Shown in pieces: positions 38,045 through 47,114 of a stretch of DNA of 64,000 bases. A program made the translations under genes and the position numbers. Origin of the DNA: an uncultured Candidatus Saccharibacteria bacterium (GTDB lineage: Bacteria > Patescibacteriota > Andersenbacteria > UBA10190); contig CAZSUC010000001.1 in assembly GCA_964610055.1 (NCBI GenBank), positions 588,977-652,976 of the forward strand. The letters are read 5' to 3'. How positions within the stretch are numbered: the first letter of the stretch is position 1; every line of letters starts with the position of its first letter. The notes below the pieces were generated by a model. That model worked only from the letters and a program-made list of their open reading frames with translations. It had not been told where the DNA came from and made no database searches.

Positions 38045-39895
38045 TTAGACCATCATTGTCCGATTAACAGTTGTGCCACCCGTAATCTGACTGGATCTTA
38101 TCGTTCCTTCCTCTTCATCTTCTGTTCCTATAATTATCCCGCCACGATGACGCGCTTCTGCCGCTAACTCAATCTCTGTCCCTCTTTGCTTAATCTGACC
38201 AACATAATTATCTAAATCTACTCGCCAACCCGGCTTCTCTCTTTCATTTCTCCAATTTTCTCTTTCCGCCTCTGCTCTCCATTCATATCCAACCGGACCA
38301 TCTGTCACTTGCTCTAAACTATCCGGCTTCGTTTTCGCCTCATAAAAACGATACCTAACTGCATCCCCATCTCGCTCCACTACCGTTACATCCAACACTT
38401 CGCCTTTTACCGTACGCTCTCCCGAAAAATACTGCTGTTCTCTGTTTACTGCGCCTCTAATCACTTTTTCTAGCTCTCCTCGCTCTTCCACCGGCCACAA
38501 ATCCATCACACTCTTTTCTATTTGCTCCGGCATCAACGTTAAAGCGACTTTCTCTTCCATATCTAACTCAACATCAATACCCTGAATTTCCTCTCTTCTT
38601 ACCTCCGCCTTATAAACCGTTTCTACCTTCGGGTACTCTTTCTTTTCCCCAACCTTCACATCTACATTCACATCTACATCTATATTCTCTACATTATTTT
38701 CTCTTCCCTTTTCTAAAATCACTGGTCTTTCAGCTATTTTTTTCTCCTCCGTAATCGCAACTTCAACTCTTTCCTTAACTCTCGTAACGCTTTGCTCCGA
38801 TAAAACCTGGTCGGCTTTCACATCCACCGCTTTCGGCACTAGTCCCGGAAACATCTCCTGTAAACTCACTTCTACTTTCCTAGATTCATTTTTCTGTCCT
38901 AAATCAGTTTGCACTACTTCTGGCATTGAAGCAGCTTCTCTTTCCCCCGCATTTACATACTTTATCTCTATGGCTTCACTCGGCGTATTTTCTATCACCC
39001 GTACCTCTCCTGTCTTCGTCTCACCAGGTTCCTCTTGCTTTAACAACTCCTTACGCAACTCCTCATGATTCCAAACTTCTTCTAGCTGCGGCTCTTCAAC
39101 CTGCCTCTGCTCCACAAACACATCAGAATTAATCGTATTTTCAGATGCTTGTTCTTCTAGTTCTTCTCTTTGATCATCTACTTCCACTCTTTCACCAACC
39201 ATATCCATCGCATTTATATAATTTATCTCAATGCCTTCACTCGACGTATTTTCTATCACTTGCACCTCTTCTTCTCTCACCTCATTGCTTTGCTGTTCTT
39301 GTACCACTACCACTTCTTCTCTAACAAGCTCTTCACTTATCTCATCAACCATACTTTCTGCTTGCGCTTCAATCTCTACTTGTTCTACTTGCGCTTCATC
39401 TTCACTGCCTATCCACTCGTCGCTTTCTTCATTCAAATTAACCGGTACTTCACGAAATTGCACTAACATATATTCTGTTTCTCGTTCTCCCCACTCATTC
39501 ACTTCGTCTTTGACCACCACTGCACAACTTTTAAACTCATGATAAGCCACATATCCACTTTTCGCGCCACATAATGTTTCAAATTGCCCTTCTTCATCCA
39601 TTCCTTCACTACTAATCTCCTGATCATTCCAAAATACCCGTCTCTTACCAGTCGCGTCTTCCCTCACCACGCATTTATATGTCTGCGCCATTTCTAGTCT
39701 TTGCCCTGTCCCTTGCTCTAAATCAACTCGAGCTGATTCTAATCTCATTGTCATTCGCTCATGTTCTTCTGTCTGGCGTTCCTTTTCCGATGCTAATTCT
39801 TCTGCTTGAACCTGTACCTCAGATTCAATCTCTTCAACATCCAACATTTCCTCTAGGCTTTCTTCGGTTTCCGCTATGTTTATACTTTCAGGCAT
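38045..39895 (-). CDS. Highly acidic glutamate-rich protein with an internal sequence repeat (no recognisable domain)
   Basis: 616 aa from the ATG at 39895, which lies 9 nt after AGGAG. Low-complexity E/V/Q-rich sequence with duplicated segment QVIENTSSEGIEINYINA / RVIENTPSEAIEIKYVNA. Less acidic C-terminal 150 aa. The ORF-track start at 39925 would include the SD. Confidence 0.6.
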   Translation of the reverse strand: MPESINIAETEESLEEMLDVEEIESEVQVQAEELASEKERQTEEHERMTMRLESARVDLEQGTGQRLEMAQTYKCVVREDATGKRRVFWNDQEISSEGMDEEGQFETLCGAKSGYVAYHEFKSCAVVVKDEVNEWGERETEYMLVQFREVPVNLNEESDEWIGSEDEAQVEQVEIEAQAESMVDEISEELVREEVVVVQEQQSNEVREEEVQVIENTSSEGIEINYINAMDMVGERVEVDDQREELEEQASENTINSDVFVEQRQVEEPQLEEVWNHEELRKELLKQEEPGETKTGEVRVIENTPSEAIEIKYVNAGEREAASMPEVVQTDLGQKNESRKVEVSLQEMFPGLVPKAVDVKADQVLSEQSVTRVKERVEVAITEEKKIAERPVILEKGRENNVENIDVDVNVDVKVGEKKEYPKVETVYKAEVRREEIQGIDVELDMEEKVALTLMPEQIEKSVMDLWPVEERGELEKVIRGAVNREQQYFSGERTVKGEVLDVTVVERDGDAVRYRFYEAKTKPDSLEQVTDGPVGYEWRAEAERENWRNEREKPGWRVDLDNYVGQIKQRGTEIELAAEARHRGGIIIGTEDEEEGTIRSSQITGGTTVNRTMMV

Positions 39896-40167
39896 ACAAA
39901 AAACTCCTACATGCACAACACGCATGAGGAGAAATCACTAAAAATCCTTATGCGCGTAGGCTCAACAAAGGATTCAGGCACTCTGACTTATGGCTTTTAG
40001 CCCATCACAGTTGCGGCATACCAGCGCCGGATTCTCACCGGCTTTCCCTGATCACACTTTTCAGTGCGCGTGGTGCGAACCACGCCAATCCTCTTTAAAA
40101 ATTAATGTGCACTCTTAGCTTACCGCCGTTCCCTTGGCCCCACAATCAGTTTTTTGCACAGGCTCGT

Positions 40168-41676
40168 TTATTTAGCGTATATCCAAACATAAGGCACGTC
40201 GTGCACCTTTATAACCTCCACCGGCACGACATCTTTCATTGCCGCTAACGCCTGACTCGCCAAAGTGTCTTCTCCGCGACCACCCATGTTTCTATAGGTC
40301 ACAATATAATCAACATGTTCATTCTCCCGAGCCGCTAAACTAACTACCTCGCCCCTAAAATATGTTTGCAACACTTGCGGATACCAAGATGCAACCGTTA
40401 ATTGTTCCGCCTCTGTCTGCGCGTTTAACCAAGCTGCCGCCGCTTCTAACCCCTCACCCCATCCTTGCTGACTTAGTGGCCGTATCTCCGGTAATAAAGA
40501 ATTATTATACGCAATCAAATAACTATCTCGCCAATTAGCCCATGTCCAAACGGATAGAAATACCACCACGCCTATCGCAAACCCTTGCCATGTTTTTTTT
40601 CGTCTCGCCAAAGTTATCTTTGCCGTTACCCATCCCGTCAACACCGGCCCCACAACCAACGCTGGCAATGCATACCGATCCGCTTTTTTCGCCGCCCAAG
40701 TCATAATAACCAAAAAGCCAATCGCATAAACATACATCCAAACCATTTCTTGGCTGTGCTTTTGTTTCCGCACTATTACTATTAATGCTGCTACCCAGCC
40801 AAATAACACCAGCGGCGTACTCCGACCCAATGCGGTTCGCATATAAAAAGTCGCGGGCTGAATCGCATCCGTCCCAGCATCTAACTCAACATGCTCCCAA
40901 GTAACTGCTGTCCCAATATCACGCGTAAATGAACGACTCATATCTGCTTTCACCCACGCCGCTGGCCATGCCACCCAAAACACCAGTCCTGCTACTCCAA
41001 TCACCGTGCCCAAAGTTCGCAACATTATATTTATTTTTCCTGACTTGCCCCATAACTTCCACACCACCCACCCCATCATCATTGGCACTAGCCATAACGC
41101 TAAAATTAATTTCGTTGCCGCTGCTAGCCCAAACCAAATACCTGCTCCAACTAGCCAACGCCATTTTTGCTTTTGCCACCAGACCATCCACGCCAACCAA
41201 CTATTCAACATGAACAATGCCAATAATCCATCCAAATGCACAATCTGCGTCGCTCCTGCTAAATACGGATCTAACGCCAAAAATATTCCAGCTAACCAAC
41301 CGACTGGCGCCCCTCCTAAGATCGTCAACATAAATGCCGCTATCCCAATCATCCCAGCCGCCGCTAAACTCACGGGCAGAACAGCTGCCTTACGAAAATG
41401 TTGTAAATTACCTGGCTGAACTGTTACTCCTAAACGTGTTTCTTGCACCACTTCCCCTGCCCCTGCTAGCCACATTAAAGGCGCCCCCGGATGAGTTGTC
41501 ACAAATGTCGACGCTGGATCCATGGCTCGAATTGCCTGCCAATATTGAGCGCTGCGTAACATCCACGCCTCTTCATCCACTGTCATATATTGCCCTAACC
41601 CCGGCCACCGCGCCAATAACGCTAAAACTCCGATACTAACTGGTATTATTCCTGCTTTCGCTTTAATCCAATTCAC
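40168..41676 (-). CDS. GT-C glycosyltransferase, PMT_2/GT39-like (paralog of 29665-31620)
   Basis: MTVDEEAWMLRS...TTHPGAPLMWLAG and C-terminal LTVASWYPQVLQTYFRGEVVSLAARE...VTYRNMGGRGED align to the 29665 ORF. Confidence 0.65.
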   Translation of the reverse strand: MNWIKAKAGIIPVSIGVLALLARWPGLGQYMTVDEEAWMLRSAQYWQAIRAMDPASTFVTTHPGAPLMWLAGAGEVVQETRLGVTVQPGNLQHFRKAAVLPVSLAAAGMIGIAAFMLTILGGAPVGWLAGIFLALDPYLAGATQIVHLDGLLALFMLNSWLAWMVWWQKQKWRWLVGAGIWFGLAAATKLILALWLVPMMMGWVVWKLWGKSGKINIMLRTLGTVIGVAGLVFWVAWPAAWVKADMSRSFTRDIGTAVTWEHVELDAGTDAIQPATFYMRTALGRSTPLVLFGWVAALIVIVRKQKHSQEMVWMYVYAIGFLVIMTWAAKKADRYALPALVVGPVLTGWVTAKITLARRKKTWQGFAIGVVVFLSVWTWANWRDSYLIAYNNSLLPEIRPLSQQGWGEGLEAAAAWLNAQTEAEQLTVASWYPQVLQTYFRGEVVSLAARENEHVDYIVTYRNMGGRGEDTLASQALAAMKDVVPVEVIKVHDVPYVWIYAK

Positions 41677-44324
41677 ACTGCACTCGCTTTAATTCGATGC
41701 ATGAACACCAGCGTGTTTGATCCATTCTCTACTTCATGAACTGTTTCAAAATCAGTTTCCATCCCTGCCTCAATCTCGGAATACTCCATCAAAAATGAAA
41801 ACCCAGTTTGTTTTTCTAGTAACACCCATTCCGCCTCACGCCAAGCCTGAACCATCTCTTCGGCGGAAGGCAAAAACACATTCAGTCTTTCTGGGTTCTT
41901 TCGTGTAAATTCATAGGCATACCAACGCGGATGAGCAATATCTAACGACACATGATGACCAGATAAATATGGTACTGCCGCTGCTCCCGTAAAAATCGGT
42001 TTATCTGATGGAATATTTTCCTGCGCCCATTCTGCCGCCTCACGCAAAGAATCTTGCTGAAAAGTTCCAGTGTGCTCAAACGTTGCCGTAATATAATTTG
42101 ATAAATAAACTGCCCACATAATCACTAGTATACTTATCACCGCCAATGGGCGGCGTACCATTTCTCCTTTACCTACCACAAACAAACGTCTCCACAACCA
42201 ATAAGCTCCTACCGCCGCCAATATCGTCAGAGGTGGCAAAAATTCAATAATGTAATTCGCATGAAACTTAATCCAATTCCAGTAAAAGAAGGCTAAGCCT
42301 AAAAACCACGCCAACAAGACCAATGCACTCGCTAGCATCTGTCCCGCCGATTGTTCTCCCGGTGCCACTTTAATTGACTGTTTAATTTCAAATTGAGCTT
42401 GTGCTCCTGAAACTACATTCATCGGTATATTCACCCCTGCATCCGGCTGCGTACTAGCTTTAACTTGAGATGACGCCACCCATCCTTCTTCATTACTACG
42501 CGGCCATACAGTTGCAATCAGTAAAACACTCATCATACCCCACCATAACCCTCGCATTCCACCCATTGATAAAAACGGTTCTCCTTCATATTCAAAGAAA
42601 AATCCATGCGCCCACCACCACCCTAACCATGCCAATAACCAGCCTATTTTTGGCAGCACATGATCGACAATTACAATAGTGATCTTGTCCGACTTATCAC
42701 TGACCCACTTTCGCGCTATCACCCGTAACCATCTTTCCCACATCATTCCAACTCCCACCAGCGCCAAAATTATTAGCGGCAATGATTCTCGGAAAAACGG
42801 CGTCATGCCTCGAATTGAATATTCGCGCACTTGTTCCGCCTCTGCCGGATCAATTGCGGTTTGCCCATCTTCCGCTGAATTAAAACCACTCACTTCCCAC
42901 AAGCCTTGTGTACCATACTGACCATATGCCCACCCTAACAACGCCGAAATTACTAACAAAAATCCCGCCCCAATCAAAACTAAACGCTGGAATTTATTGC
43001 GCCATCCTCGCGACTCAATCCAGACTAATAATAACGGCACAATCCCTAACGCTAGAATACTCTTACGCGAAGCAACACCTAACCCCAATAAAAGACCACC
43101 TATTAACAAGCGATATCCTAATTTCCGGCCTCCCAGATGACCCCGCAACGCCGTCCATATCACCGCGATTCCACTAATCCCAAATAACATCGCCACTGGC
43201 TGAGTGTGCACATACACTGTACTCACTGCTGCCGATCCCAACATCCCCCACATTACCGCTGCCAATAATCCTGTTCGTTTGTTATGTGCTTCTCGTCCAA
43301 TAAAATACATCGGAATGATTGTCAGCACTCCAGCCATAATTGATCCCATGCGTCCCGCTAAAATTGTCGGTCCCATTATTAACTGCCATAATGCCACCCA
43401 TAACAACATAATCGGCGCCTTCACATAACCATCCCCTCCGGCTAAGTGTCCGCGCAATAATGTTTGCGCATCATACAAATAATTACCCTCATCATTAGTC
43501 ACCGGCATTTCTACGGCATATCTGATACGCCATAAAGTCGCCAATATCATGACTAAAGCAATAATCGTTCCCACTACTACTCGATTTAATTCTTTTTCCT
43601 GAGCTTGCCCGCTCAAAACTACTATTGCTCCTACAACCACCGCAGCCGCCAACGCTAAAATCATCCAGTTATAATACGTTCCTTCCCGTGTATCCCAAGT
43701 TCCCACTACCCACCGCGCCTGATTCCCAACAGTGGTAATAATAGCTTCTCGCAACGTCACATCATGATGAGCTATAAACGCCACATCCACCGTTGGCTTT
43801 CCTGACCGCGCAATTACCTCCGCCCCTATCTGCCCTTCGCTGTTCCGCACTAAAAATGCTGACCCTAAGTGATAAGGATCTTGCGTGTTCAAATCAACAG
43901 TCACTGCATTTCCCACCACTGACGCCGGCGAAGTAATCGCGAAGAAATAAGTTTTTCCTTTGCTATTCGCAATCGGATCAAACTCAAACCGATAAAATTG
44001 ATTATCTCCTAGCTCCTGCGGCTCAGCTATGACAGTCCGCAAATTTTCATCACTTGTATAGGACTCTCGTAAATAGAAATAAACCGGCGCCGTGTTGTCC
44101 CTCCCCGAATACGTTGCAAACATTACGCTTACTGCCGACAAGTCATCTGCATCCGCCACAAAAGTCTGTCCTACTAACGCATCGCCCGTTAATTCACCTG
44201 CGTTAGTTGTATATTCCTTAATTTCCGTGTCATTTTGCTTAACCTTAATAAAATTCGCTGACACTGCTGCAGCCGCTAAAACAACTACCACAATTAAAAA
44301 CCAAATTTTTGTTGATGATCGCAT
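41673..44324 (-). CDS. Large GT-C (ArnT/PMT-like) membrane glycosyltransferase with an N-terminal extracytoplasmic beta-domain
   Basis: Signal-anchor, then a domain RFEFDPIANSKGKTYFFAITSPASVVGNAVTV homologous to the C-terminus of 29665-31620. Then about 13 TM helices with a PMT/ArnT-like first loop (NDEGNYLYDAQ) and a long C-terminal region. 883 aa. Confidence 0.6.
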   Translation of the reverse strand: MRSSTKIWFLIVVVVLAAAAVSANFIKVKQNDTEIKEYTTNAGELTGDALVGQTFVADADDLSAVSVMFATYSGRDNTAPVYFYLRESYTSDENLRTVIAEPQELGDNQFYRFEFDPIANSKGKTYFFAITSPASVVGNAVTVDLNTQDPYHLGSAFLVRNSEGQIGAEVIARSGKPTVDVAFIAHHDVTLREAIITTVGNQARWVVGTWDTREGTYYNWMILALAAAVVVGAIVVLSGQAQEKELNRVVVGTIIALVMILATLWRIRYAVEMPVTNDEGNYLYDAQTLLRGHLAGGDGYVKAPIMLLWVALWQLIMGPTILAGRMGSIMAGVLTIIPMYFIGREAHNKRTGLLAAVMWGMLGSAAVSTVYVHTQPVAMLFGISGIAVIWTALRGHLGGRKLGYRLLIGGLLLGLGVASRKSILALGIVPLLLVWIESRGWRNKFQRLVLIGAGFLLVISALLGWAYGQYGTQGLWEVSGFNSAEDGQTAIDPAEAEQVREYSIRGMTPFFRESLPLIILALVGVGMMWERWLRVIARKWVSDKSDKITIVIVDHVLPKIGWLLAWLGWWWAHGFFFEYEGEPFLSMGGMRGLWWGMMSVLLIATVWPRSNEEGWVASSQVKASTQPDAGVNIPMNVVSGAQAQFEIKQSIKVAPGEQSAGQMLASALVLLAWFLGLAFFYWNWIKFHANYIIEFLPPLTILAAVGAYWLWRRLFVVGKGEMVRRPLAVISILVIMWAVYLSNYITATFEHTGTFQQDSLREAAEWAQENIPSDKPIFTGAAAVPYLSGHHVSLDIAHPRWYAYEFTRKNPERLNVFLPSAEEMVQAWREAEWVLLEKQTGFSFLMEYSEIEAGMETDFETVHEVENGSNTLVFMHRIKASAV

Positions 44325-44333
44325 TAACGCCTC

Positions 44334-45353
44334 TTACCAATAATACTCTTTATTCTTGCGATAAAACTCGACCATTTCACGAATACCGTCCTTAAAATCT
44401 ATCTGTGGTTTCCAGGCACATGCCATTTCCAATTTATGCGTATCAGCAATATAATCCCCTGTCTCATTTTTTTCATAATCTTCCGGCCAGGGTACGTATT
44501 TCTTCGTCCCCGCCCCCGCCGCTGCGATAATCATATCTACCATCTCTCCAAATTTAATCCGCTCATGACTCCCCACATTATACGCTTCTCCCGCCTGTCC
44601 TTTGACGATTAAGCGCATCATCCCATTTACAATATCATCAATATAAATATAATCTCGCTCCTGTTCTCCATCTCCAAAAATCTGAATTTCTTGCCCCTCT
44701 AAAGCCTGCCTCACAAACCAACCAACTATTGAATACTTACCATGTTTCATCTGCTGTCGTGGACCATATGGATTTGGGATCCGCATAGACACGCCTTGCA
44801 CTCCAAAAGTATGCGCATAATATCGATAATACTTTTCTCCTAATAGCTTATGAATTCCATACAAAGACAAAGGATCAGTCGGATGCGTCTCTTTAACCGG
44901 TAATTCTAAAATTTTTCCATACACTAATCGAGATGACGAAAAAAGAATCCGCGCTTCTGGTGCAAAATTTTTGACTGCTTCCAAAATCACTAAATTGCCT
45001 CGGCCGTTAAAATCCAAATCCATAAACGGCTTATCCTTTGATTCCAAATAACTCACTTGTCCCGCTAAATGAAACACAAACTGTTTGCCTTGCACTAATT
45101 TATTCATTAGTTCCTCATCCCGAATATCACCATCTACCAGCTCTAACTTCTCTTCTATATCCGCTACGTTAAACCGATTACCTCCATACGGCGGCAATAA
45201 CGCATCCAAAATTGTTACTTTTGCTCCAGCTGCTGTTAGCGCTCTTGCCAAATTACTGCCAATAAATCCTAGGCCACCAGTAATCAACACCTGTGCTCCA
45301 GTTAGGGCTGTTTTTATATCTTCCGGCAAATCGCTTGTTAATTGCTTATCCAT
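44334..45353 (-). CDS. NAD-dependent NDP-sugar epimerase/dehydratase family protein
   Basis: VLITGGLGFIGSNLAR Rossmann motif, YGIHK catalytic dyad. 339 aa. Confidence 0.75.
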   Translation of the reverse strand: MDKQLTSDLPEDIKTALTGAQVLITGGLGFIGSNLARALTAAGAKVTILDALLPPYGGNRFNVADIEEKLELVDGDIRDEELMNKLVQGKQFVFHLAGQVSYLESKDKPFMDLDFNGRGNLVILEAVKNFAPEARILFSSSRLVYGKILELPVKETHPTDPLSLYGIHKLLGEKYYRYYAHTFGVQGVSMRIPNPYGPRQQMKHGKYSIVGWFVRQALEGQEIQIFGDGEQERDYIYIDDIVNGMMRLIVKGQAGEAYNVGSHERIKFGEMVDMIIAAAGAGTKKYVPWPEDYEKNETGDYIADTHKLEMACAWKPQIDFKDGIREMVEFYRKNKEYYW

Positions 45354-45405
45354 TGCCTATCACGGTAGCAGAAAAATTCTGTGTCTGCATCTCTAATTCT
45401 TTAAC

Positions 45406-45439
45406 AAAACCCCTTAAAGAAAGACGCATTTCCTTAAGG
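45406..45439 (-). terminator. Probable intrinsic terminator downstream of the 45453-45902 gene
   Basis: Interrupted hairpin (CCCTTAA/TTAAGGG outer stem, GAAA/TTTC inner stem) followed on the minus strand by TTTTGTT. Confidence 0.5.
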
Positions 45440-45452
45440 GGCGAATAAACAC

Positions 45453-45902
45453 TCAGGATTGCAAGCGAATCAAGAGAGCGTAAGATTCCCTCAGCCGCGG
45501 AACACAGTGATTCATTGCCAAACCACGTGTCGTGCAAGACTTATACAGCCACGATCCGCGGGTAAGACCAAACTTATCGCGAGTATCCAGTTGCACAATC
45601 TTGGCATATGGCAACAACAAACCACGCAGAAAAAAATGAGCGCCCACAGCCAAAAGATCGCACTGATCCGCTAACCAAACACGCTTCTTCTCAACCCAAT
45701 CCATCGCTTGCATATCAGTCGTTTCAACTCCAAAGCAAACGAGTTCCAAAGGCGCTAAACCAGCCGCATGGGGCGCACACCAATCTTGAGGTATAGTCAC
45801 CCCGGTCACCATGTCATACTTAGCACTATCAACGCGTTCCTGTAAAGATACACTCCGGGGCGGCAACCAGACATCACGCAGTTTCGTTATAACCACTGTC
45901 AT
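45453..45902 (-). CDS. Hypothetical protein
   Basis: 149-aa ORF from MTVVITKLRDVWLPP. Its composition is more CG-rich and Trp/Cys-containing than its neighbours. Followed by a minus-strand hairpin plus U-run. Confidence 0.4.
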   Translation of the reverse strand: MTVVITKLRDVWLPPRSVSLQERVDSAKYDMVTGVTIPQDWCAPHAAGLAPLELVCFGVETTDMQAMDWVEKKRVWLADQCDLLAVGAHFFLRGLLLPYAKIVQLDTRDKFGLTRGSWLYKSCTTRGLAMNHCVPRLRESYALLIRLQS

Positions 45903-45969
45903 CTCTCTTCTCCTGTATGAGTGAAACTTTGTCTCAGTGAAAGGTACGATCAATTACACTCTCACGATT

Positions 45970-47109
45970 TTACCCCTGTTTATATTCCCGATACAACCGG
46001 TCGTATTCACTCATGATTGCACTCCAATCGTATTGCAAAGCCATCTCTCGACTTGCTTTCCCCATTCGTTCTCGTAAATCTTGATCATCAATCAATCGTA
46101 CCAATCTCTCGGCAATCTGTTCTTCATTTTCTCCCACTAAAAATCCATTTTCGCCCTCTTTAACGATTTCGTTATTTCCTCCCACATCACTCGCCACCAC
46201 CGGCAATCCGCACCCCATTGCTTCTAAAATTACTGATGGCATACCTTCTGATAATGACGTCAACACAAACACGTCAGCATACTGATAAGATTTTTCTAAT
46301 TTGTCGTAAGGCACAGTCCCCACATACTTAATCACATCTGACACGCCTAATGAAGTCGCCAACTGGTCCAGTTCACTACGATAAGTTCCTGTCCCCACTA
46401 CTTCAACTTCAAACGGATACTGCGCTCGCTCCCTCACTAACGGCAATGCCTTCACTACCCGCTGAAACCCTTTCCGCGGAATCAAACGACCAATAAACAA
46501 TAGTCTGACTTTGGGGTTAGCTGACCGTTCAATCGGAGAAAACCTTTTCGTATCCACCCCATTTGGAATCAACTTAAACTCCGCTTTCGGATCAACTTGT
46601 TGACCTAAGCGAACCAATTCTTCTGAACAAACAGTTCTAAACTCCGCTCGTTGCCAAATTAATTTTAATAGGGGAGTAATCACCGGATACACCCGTTTGT
46701 ATCGCGATGGATTCGCCCCCGGAATATCCGATCCGCCAAAATAAACAGCGTAGGGGAGACCTCGCACTAATGAAATCACCCACGCCACCCATCCCGCCGG
46801 CACCGCAAAATACGCCTGAATAAAGTCCACTTTATGCCTTAAGGTGTACCACCACACGTATCCCAATGCTGATATTCCAAATATGACTAACTCCCACATC
46901 GCCGCATAGTCAGCAAATCGCCGCACTGCCGGAATCCTAATCACTTCAGCTCCATCAATCACTTCCCTGCGCGGCAATCCCTTATATCCCGATGTCACTA
47001 AAGTCACTTCATGCCCAGCCGCCACTAAATATTTAATCGCATATTTTGTAACCGTTGATCCTCCCCCGCCAATCGGCGGAAATTCATTGTTAATTAGCAG
47101 CAGCTTCAT
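45970..47109 (-). CDS. GT4 glycosyltransferase
   Basis: LLLINNEFPPIGGGGSTV N-terminal domain and SEGMPSVILEAMGCGLPVVASDVGGNNEIV C-terminal motif. Confidence 0.85.
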   Translation of the reverse strand: MKLLLINNEFPPIGGGGSTVTKYAIKYLVAAGHEVTLVTSGYKGLPRREVIDGAEVIRIPAVRRFADYAAMWELVIFGISALGYVWWYTLRHKVDFIQAYFAVPAGWVAWVISLVRGLPYAVYFGGSDIPGANPSRYKRVYPVITPLLKLIWQRAEFRTVCSEELVRLGQQVDPKAEFKLIPNGVDTKRFSPIERSANPKVRLLFIGRLIPRKGFQRVVKALPLVRERAQYPFEVEVVGTGTYRSELDQLATSLGVSDVIKYVGTVPYDKLEKSYQYADVFVLTSLSEGMPSVILEAMGCGLPVVASDVGGNNEIVKEGENGFLVGENEEQIAERLVRLIDDQDLRERMGKASREMALQYDWSAIMSEYDRLYREYKQG

Positions 47110-47114
47110 TGCAA

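Noticed and set aside
39926-40167. Possible tRNA or tmRNA in the intergenic region before the acidic-protein operon
   Set aside because: The hairpin has a 7-bp stem with a 4-nt loop, not the 5-bp/7-nt T-arm of a tRNA. No GTTCGAATC-like T-loop, acceptor stem or CCA context was found.
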